DNA of 43,385 bases, taken from positions 1 to 43,385 of the forward strand of contig CAIOJO010000219.1 in NCBI GenBank assembly GCA_903858635.1. Direction: 5' to 3'. This document shows, one piece after another, positions 40,230-43,385 of this stretch (position 1 is the stretch's first letter; each line of letters opens with the position of its first letter). This DNA is from an uncultured Telmatospirillum sp. (GTDB lineage: Bacteria; Pseudomonadota; Alphaproteobacteria; Rhodospirillales; Magnetospirillaceae). A program made the translations under genes and the position numbers. A model generated the notes under the pieces. That model ran no database searches. It was not told where the DNA came from and saw only the letters and a program-made list of their open reading frames with translations.

Positions 40230-40929
40230 CCGATCTGTTTCCTGGCCACAGCCCGGCCAGATTCATGTCTGGTACTGCCGGCAGGACTCCGCGACGGAGC
40301 CGGCGGCCGACACGCTCGATGCGGCCGAGCGGGAGCAGGCGGGGCGGTTCCGCAATCGCCACGACGCCCGGCGCCATATGGCGACCCATGGCGCCTTGCG
40401 CCGTATCCTCGCCGCCTATCTGGGGCTTGATCCCGCCGCCGTGCCGATCACCCGCAGCGCCGCCGGCAAGCCCCGGCTCGGTCTGTCCGGCGCAGAACCC
40501 GGCTTGACCTTCAACCTGTCCCACAGCGCCGATCTGGCCGCCGTCGCCGTCGCCGCGGGGGCAGAGATCGGAGTCGATATCGAGGAGAAGCGGCCCTTGG
40601 CAGATCTGGATGGCGTCGCCCGCCTGGTCTTCACCGAGGCGGAATGCGCCGCCCTGGACTCCCTGCCGCAATCGCGACGACTCGACGCCTTCTATGAGTG
40701 CTGGACCCGCAAGGAGGCGTTGCTCAAGGCGATGGGCAGCGGCCTGCTGCGCGATCCGCGGGAGGTCGGACTGGGGTTCGGGGAAGGCGGCAAGATGGAA
40801 TTCCGTGACGCCGATTCCAGCCTGTGGTCCATCGCCCCGCTTGCCCCGCCGGAGGGGATGGGCGGAGCGGTGGCCATCCAGGGCCGACTCCTCGGAGTCC
40901 TGCAGTTTGACGGCGCACCGGGGAAGTAA
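40216..40929 (+). CDS. Sfp-type 4'-phosphopantetheinyl transferase.
   Basis: GKPRL, FNLSHSADLA, GVDIEEKRP, ECWTRKEALLKAMG. The proposed TTG start at 40216 has a GGAGA Shine-Dalgarno 7 nt upstream and overlaps the NRPS stop by 14 nt. There is no in-frame ATG or GTG before the conserved N-terminal region. Confidence 0.75.
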   Translation: MSATDRSVSWPQPGQIHVWYCRQDSATEPAADTLDAAEREQAGRFRNRHDARRHMATHGALRRILAAYLGLDPAAVPITRSAAGKPRLGLSGAEPGLTFNLSHSADLAAVAVAAGAEIGVDIEEKRPLADLDGVARLVFTEAECAALDSLPQSRRLDAFYECWTRKEALLKAMGSGLLRDPREVGLGFGEGGKMEFRDADSSLWSIAPLAPPEGMGGAVAIQGRLLGVLQFDGAPGK

Positions 40930-40935
40930 CGGCCC

Positions 40936-42300
40936 CTACTTCGGAGTCGAACCCGTCGTCGCGGCATCGGCGAGGAAGGGAATCTTGAAAGGCAGGCGAA
41001 TGGTCACGGTGCTGCCGCCGGTACCGGCGGCGGCGCGGCTCTGTCGATCGGAGGTCTTGGTGGCCATCACCGCCGCCTGCGTGTCGCTGCCCGCCTGGGT
41101 CTCGCTCTCGCCTTGCGGCTCCTTGTTCCCGGCCATCGAGCGATCGATATTGGACAGTCCCTGGGGCTCGGCGGGGGCCACCGGCACCTCCGCCGTGTCG
41201 GGAAGCGGCTTCGCCTGGCCCGTGGCCAGATCGGGATTGGCCGCATCGGCCGCGACCGGGCGATCGCCCGAACGGGATCCACGAGCAAGCGGCGGACCGC
41301 TGGACAGCGAGCCACCGTATTGCGGCAACCCCTCCGGCGCTCCGGCCTGGGCATGCGGGCCCCACGGGGCGCCCGGCGCCGCGGCCGGGGCCGTCGCGCC
41401 GTCGGTATTGAGGATGAGCGGCAGGCCGTCCTTGCCACCGATGACGATTACCTTGGCGTTCGGCGAGGTGGCGAGTTGCAGCGTCGCCTCGATGCCGCGC
41501 CATTGCAGATAGGTCGGCGAGATGCCCTGCTGCACCACCTGCTGGAACTTGGAGATGCCGCCGGCCTCGATCTCCTTCCTCTGCGCTTCCAGCCGCTCGC
41601 GGTCCAGCCGATAGGTATAGCCCAGCGCCAGCTGCTGCTGGCGGGCCTTCTCGAGGATCGCCTGGGACAGTTCCTCGGGAAGCTGCACCTCGCGGATATG
41701 GATCTCGTCGGCGAAGACCAGGTCAATCGGTATCTGCCGGCCTCTTCCGGCGACCCGATTTTCCGGCGCGCTGACGATATCGGTAAGGATTTCCGCCTCG
41801 ATCTGGTGGCGTTCGGCACCATAGAGGGAATCGACCGAATAATTGGCGATGGCGCGCCGCACCTCGGCGCCGATCGCCGGCAGCATCAGTACGTCGACAT
41901 AGTCCTGGCCGATCTGCTGGTGCAGTTGCGGCAGGTTCTCGCGGACCAGGTGATAGAGCAGGGTGATCTGGCAATCGACGGTGATGCCGTCCTTGGTGAT
42001 CGCCTTGTAGCTATGGGTGTCGTTGCGCTCGCGGATGTAATAGGAATAGATCCGATCCCAAGGGAAGATGAGGTGCAGCCCGTCGTTCAGCGGCTGCGGC
42101 GCCACCCCGCCGCCGAAGCGGTACCACAGGACCCCGGCATCGCCGGTGGCGACGGTGATCGCCACCCGCGGCGCAAAGAAGGTCGCGACGAACATGATGG
42201 TGAACAGGACGATCAGCAGGTCCCGCCGCGCCGGGCCGGCCGCCTGTTTCAACCAGCCGAAGACGCCGGCGAGGATGGGATGCTTGTCGGAAACCGCCAT
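40936..42300 (-). CDS. SPFH/band-7 (prohibitin/HflK/C-like) membrane protein with a long low-complexity C-terminal tail.
   Basis: N-terminal transmembrane segment LLIVLFTIMFVATFFA. SPFH core VLWYRFGGGV...ITKDGITVDCQITLLYHLV. The tail is rich in Ala, Pro, Gly and Gln. Confidence 0.8.
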   Translation of the reverse strand: MAVSDKHPILAGVFGWLKQAAGPARRDLLIVLFTIMFVATFFAPRVAITVATGDAGVLWYRFGGGVAPQPLNDGLHLIFPWDRIYSYYIRERNDTHSYKAITKDGITVDCQITLLYHLVRENLPQLHQQIGQDYVDVLMLPAIGAEVRRAIANYSVDSLYGAERHQIEAEILTDIVSAPENRVAGRGRQIPIDLVFADEIHIREVQLPEELSQAILEKARQQQLALGYTYRLDRERLEAQRKEIEAGGISKFQQVVQQGISPTYLQWRGIEATLQLATSPNAKVIVIGGKDGLPLILNTDGATAPAAAPGAPWGPHAQAGAPEGLPQYGGSLSSGPPLARGSRSGDRPVAADAANPDLATGQAKPLPDTAEVPVAPAEPQGLSNIDRSMAGNKEPQGESETQAGSDTQAAVMATKTSDRQSRAAAGTGGSTVTIRLPFKIPFLADAATTGSTPK

Positions 42301-42340
42301 GGCCCTTCTGATCTGCTGGTTCGGGTGCCGGAGAGGACCC

Positions 42341-42507
42341 TCAACGGGTCTGTCGTTGGGCCATGCTCATGGTAATGATCAGGACCAGCAACCCGATAAG
42401 CGGCGTCATCACCATCGAAACGACAAAATAGAGCAGGAAACCGCCCGGCCGGCCGGTCGCCAGGAGACCGACCAGCAAGGCGCAGGCGACGTACCAGACC
42501 CCGAGCA
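42341..42507 (-). CDS. Possible membrane protein of about 55 aa with two transmembrane segments; it is not in the ORF track.
   Basis: Own translation: MLGVWYVACALLVGLLATGRPGGFLLYFVVSMVMTPLIGLLVLIITMSMAQRQTR. It sits between the SPFH gene and the DUF697-like gene on the same strand. No Shine-Dalgarno was checked. Weak. Confidence 0.2.
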
Positions 42508-42541
42508 TCACGGCACCCGCCGGCCGGTTCCGCTCATGGCG

Positions 42542-43099
42542 TCATCCGGCCCTGGCTTCGGCGCGCGCTGGCTTGCCGCCGGTCTTGGCCCCGCCGACGG
42601 CGCCGGTTTCCGTCTTCGCCGCCTCGAACTCCTTCAGGAAGAAGGCCCGCATTTCGTCGGGATCGAAATCCAGCAGCGTGCCGCCGGCCTCGAAATGGGA
42701 GATGAACACGCGGCCCAGCGCCAGCGTCGCCGCTCCGGCCAGGGCCGGCATCAGCGCCATGCCGACCACCGATCCGACGAACGGGATCGACTTGGCAACC
42801 ATCCCCAAGACCCCCGTGCTGAGCGCATAGGGAACGCCGCCGCCGACCAGGCCGCCGATGATCGCCTTGACCCGCTCCCGCTGGAAGGGCACCCCGTACA
42901 ACTCGCCCAGGCGGTAGATCAGATTGATCTGCACGCCGGCCACCGTCGCCAGGTCGAGCGCGGGAATCGGGATCAGCCCGGCCCCAGCCGACCACCAGGC
43001 ATTATTTCTCACCAGCCGATGCGCTTCCGCCAGCCGCTCCGCCTCGTTCAGCGGCGGCTTCTCCGCTTCCGCGGTCGCGATCTCAACGCCCTCGCTCAT
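42542..43099 (-). CDS. DUF697-like membrane-associated protein.
   Basis: LVRNNAWWSAGAGLIPIPALDLATVAGVQINLIYRLGELYGV resembles the DUF697/YcjF-type core. The ATG at 43099 (MSEGVEIA) has a GGAGGG Shine-Dalgarno 4 nt upstream. Confidence 0.5.
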   Translation of the reverse strand: MSEGVEIATAEAEKPPLNEAERLAEAHRLVRNNAWWSAGAGLIPIPALDLATVAGVQINLIYRLGELYGVPFQRERVKAIIGGLVGGGVPYALSTGVLGMVAKSIPFVGSVVGMALMPALAGAATLALGRVFISHFEAGGTLLDFDPDEMRAFFLKEFEAAKTETGAVGGAKTGGKPARAEARAG

Positions 43100-43111
43100 C
43101 ACACCCTCCAT

Positions 43112-43329
43112 ATTGCAATGGTTGCATCCCCGCTGCGCCCGCAGACTTGTCCTAACCCTAGTAATGCAACGGTTTTTCGGCGCGATTGAAAGTCACTGTT
43201 ACTATTTGCCGGCAAAACCTCGAAGTCAAGTGACCTCTCCCCGACGGCAGGGCTCCGAACTCAGGTTAACGAGGTTTACGGCTTGCGCTGGGCGTGATTC
43301 TCTGAATCGCCCAGATTCGGAGAACCCTG
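43112..43329. promoter_or_regulatory. Divergent promoter region with an inverted repeat; candidate operator.
   Basis: AATGGTTGCAT (43117-43127) and ATGCAACGGTT (43164-43174) are imperfect inverted copies about 36 bp apart. A small palindrome CTGCGcccGCAG lies between them. TTGCA is also directly repeated (TTGCAatggTTGCA). Confidence 0.2.
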
Positions 43330-43385
43330 ATGCCCCTGACGGCGATGTTTCTTGGCGAGAAATCGCGCCTGCGTGCCCTGCTCGA
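43330..43385 (+). CDS. 5' end of an unidentified CDS running off the window.
   Basis: The ATG at 43330 has a GGAGA Shine-Dalgarno 7 nt upstream (MPLTAMFLGEKSRLRALL...). Confidence 0.3.
   Translation, partial: MPLTAMFLGEKSRLRALL

Noticed and set aside
43112-43135. Possible sigma-54 -24/-12 promoter (GG-N-GC with TTGCA) on the minus strand upstream of the DUF697-like gene.
   Set aside because: The GG-GC spacing is 11 rather than 10, and the element would sit only about 15 nt from the start codon.
1-43385. Mobile elements, CRISPR arrays, tRNA or rRNA genes.
   Set aside because: No transposase or integrase-like translations, no regularly spaced direct repeats, and no tRNA-like cloverleaf candidates were noticed by eye. 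A tRNAscan/ISfinder run would be needed to be certain.

Overview
This is a high-GC (about 70%) bacterial chromosomal window with proteobacterial-style gene organisation. It splits into three parts.

**Positions 1-13.5 kb: housekeeping and signalling genes.**
- A 5'-truncated TonB C-terminal fragment.
- A pyruvoyl-dependent arginine decarboxylase (pdaD) followed by a C-terminally truncated Orn/Lys/Arg decarboxylase remnant.
- A cytoplasmic histidine kinase translationally coupled to a REC-HD-GYP response regulator.
- A PPK2 polyphosphate kinase.
- A TauD/TfdA-like Fe/2OG dioxygenase.
- An OmpR/EnvZ-type two-component pair.
- A class V aminotransferase.
- A minus-strand operon of three overlapping genes: lipoprotein, orphan ParA-like ATPase, and a small basic tail-anchored protein.

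**Positions 13.67-40.93 kb: one plus-strand operon of about 27 kb.** All gene junctions overlap or nearly overlap. It encodes what looks like a previously undescribed lipopeptide assembly line.
- Gene 1 is an autotransporter whose passenger is a beta-lactamase-fold (S12-like) serine hydrolase.
- Gene 2 is a megasynthase of about 4630 aa. It begins with the iturin/mycosubtilin-type beta-amino-fatty-acid loading logic (FAAL-ACP-KS-AT-ACP-aminotransferase). Downstream it carries a C-T module with no A domain, a tandem C-C* didomain, one A-T module, and a trailing C domain.
- Gene 3 is an AsnB-like glutamine amidotransferase.
- Gene 4 is a second NRPS of about 2450 aa: A-T, then C, then an A domain interrupted between motifs A8 and A9 by a PRMT-fold methyltransferase with a double-E loop, then T and a terminal C domain. 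There is no thioesterase.
- Gene 5 is an Sfp-type PPTase.

**Positions 40.9-43.4 kb.** The 3' end holds an SPFH/band-7 protein, a tiny membrane ORF, a DUF697-like protein and the first codons of another gene.

No rRNA, tRNA, CRISPR array or transposase was recognised. Many long antisense or alternative-frame ORFs in the track are GC-driven artefacts.
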